Below are positions 62,723-64,000 of a DNA stretch of 64,000 nt, in pieces (the first letter of the stretch is position 1; the number at the start of each line of letters is the position of its first letter). The notes under the pieces were generated by a model that was not told the origin of the DNA, did no database searches, and saw only the letters and a list, made by a program, of their open reading frames with translations. Both the position numbers and the translations under genes were made by a program. This stretch comes from Terriglobia bacterium (GTDB lineage: Bacteria > Acidobacteriota > Terriglobia > JAJPHL01 > JAPKYU01). The stretch covers positions 352,001 through 416,000 of the forward strand of contig CBDBKE010000002.1 of assembly GCA_965206645.1 (NCBI GenBank), written 5' to 3'.

Positions 62723-62839
62723 ACATTGCGGCCGAGGGAGAGCGACCGCAGGAGGCCGGAGTATGGAACGCGCGGGAAGTGCGGCTATGCTGCGGCTGGG
62801 CCACCCCAGGGTAGTCGGGATGAATGGCCCCTCTTCTAC

Positions 62840-62881
62840 CCCAAGACTAGACGCTCCCGGCCCAAGGCTAGACACTCCCGG
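62840..62881. repeat. Duplicated GT2 3' end with 21-bp period
   Basis: CCCAAGACTAGACGCTCCCGG / CCCAAGGCTAGACACTCCCGG. Confidence 0.75.
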
Positions 62882-64000
62882 GCGGATGCGCTGGGGTAAA
62901 GCCGCGCCGGTGCATCCGGCCCCAGGCGCGCTTGCCCGCCAGCAGTTCGATCATTGCTACTACCCGCCAGAACACCAGAAACTGCCGGTAAGGAAAGAAC
63001 TCCAGCGTGCACAGCAGAAGCAGCCGCGCCACCTCGCTGATCTTCTGGTAGCGACGGTAGGTGATCTCCTCTAGGACGACCGAACCAATGGAGACCAACG
63101 TGCCCACCAGATAAGCCAGGATCATGAAATAAACAAAGGTGGCCCAGGTGAGCACTTCCAGCAAGGCCGCAGTTAGGATGGCAAGCCAGCCGAGCAGTTC
63201 CACCACCGCTCCCAGCAGTTCCACCACAACGTGGTAGGGGAATGCCACCAGCCCGATGAACCCGTAGCGCGGGTTCAGCATCATGGAGCGGTAGCGCCAG
63301 AGCACCTGGACCAGGCCCTTTTGCCAGCGCTTTCGCTGGCCCGCCAGAGAAGCCAGGTCGCCGGGCACCTCGGTCCAGCAGACCGGGTCGGGGATGAAGC
63401 GGATGCGATAAGAACTCCCCCGTTGTCGCCGCAGGTGCAGATGCATCCGCACCACCAGATCCATGTCCTCCGCGATCGCGTCCGCGCGGTAGCCGCCCAA
63501 TTCCAACACCATTTGGCGGGAAAAACAGCCAAAGGCCCCGGAGATAATCAGCATGCCATTCAGCGCGCTCCAGCCCTCGCGGCCGAACAGGAAGGCCCGC
63601 AGGTACTCCACCACCTGGATGGCTTCTATACTGGGGCGCGGCAGGTGAACGTCGGTGACCCGTCCGGAGGCGACCCTGCACCCGTTCACCACCCGCACGA
63701 TGCCGCCGACCGCCACCACCCGCTCCGGGTCCAGCACCATGGGCAGCGCCATCCGCAACAATGCGTCGCTTTCCAGTACTGCGTCAGCATCCAGCGCACA
63801 GAAATAGGGGTTGCGGGCGACGTTGATGCCGGCGTTCAGCGCATCCGCTTTACCGCCGCCATTCTCTTTGTCCAGTACCAGCAGACGGGGTTCGGTCAAG
63901 CTGACATAAGCGGCGCGCACCGTTTGGGTCTTCAGCCGCGGAGCAATGACGTACTGAGTCCGGATCAACTGGAAGGCGCCCTCCAGCCGGGCCAGCGTCT
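62868..64000 (-). CDS. Glycosyltransferase family 2 (PgaC/IcaA-like), 5' end beyond window
   Basis: GGKADALNAG, DAD, ISGAFG, EDMD, QRKRW, TM helices. Confidence 0.9.
   Translation of the reverse strand, partial: TLARLEGAFQLIRTQYVIAPRLKTQTVRAAYVSLTEPRLLVLDKENGGGKADALNAGINVARNPYFCALDADAVLESDALLRMALPMVLDPERVVAVGGIVRVVNGCRVASGRVTDVHLPRPSIEAIQVVEYLRAFLFGREGWSALNGMLIISGAFGCFSRQMVLELGGYRADAIAEDMDLVVRMHLHLRRQRGSSYRIRFIPDPVCWTEVPGDLASLAGQRKRWQKGLVQVLWRYRSMMLNPRYGFIGLVAFPYHVVVELLGAVVELLGWLAILTAALLEVLTWATFVYFMILAYLVGTLVSIGSVVLEEITYRRYQKISEVARLLLLCTLEFFPYRQFLVFWRVVAMIELLAGKRAWGRMHRRGFTPAHPPGSV

Overview
GC-rich bacterial chromosome segment, probably Acidobacteriota (inferred from a TIGR03437-like C-terminal domain, a DUF1501/PSD1 pair and the bactofilin locus). 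1-15.36 kb is a decayed island abutting the 3' end of tRNA-Met(CAT). It holds a phage/satellite-type replication module, an IS1380, two IS3 elements, a chimeric ORF ending in the 3' part of pdxT, cargo genes and a tyrosine-integrase scrap. The strongest unexplained signal lies inside it: three copies of a 28-bp 11-6-11 inverted-arm site resembling Xer/dif sites (7838-7865, 12555-12582, 14626-14653). They bound a 4.7-kb block (inverted pair) and a 2.07-kb single-gene cassette (direct pair). Next come tandem Nramp-like transporters, HAD, kinase and EVE genes, and a second IS-shredded zone (22.6-31.5 kb). Core genes follow: pirin, nusB, ribH, crt, hbd, lepA, a response regulator, gdhA, argF-G-H-R, mobA, fmdE, fdhD, an M20 peptidase, a dipeptidase, DUF1501/PSD1 and a GT2. 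Also present are a solo attC-like hairpin, an unannotated Cys-rich small ORF, short tandem duplications with mostly 7n-bp periods, and about 10 frameshifts or in-frame stops in non-core genes. All calls are by eye; no searches were run.
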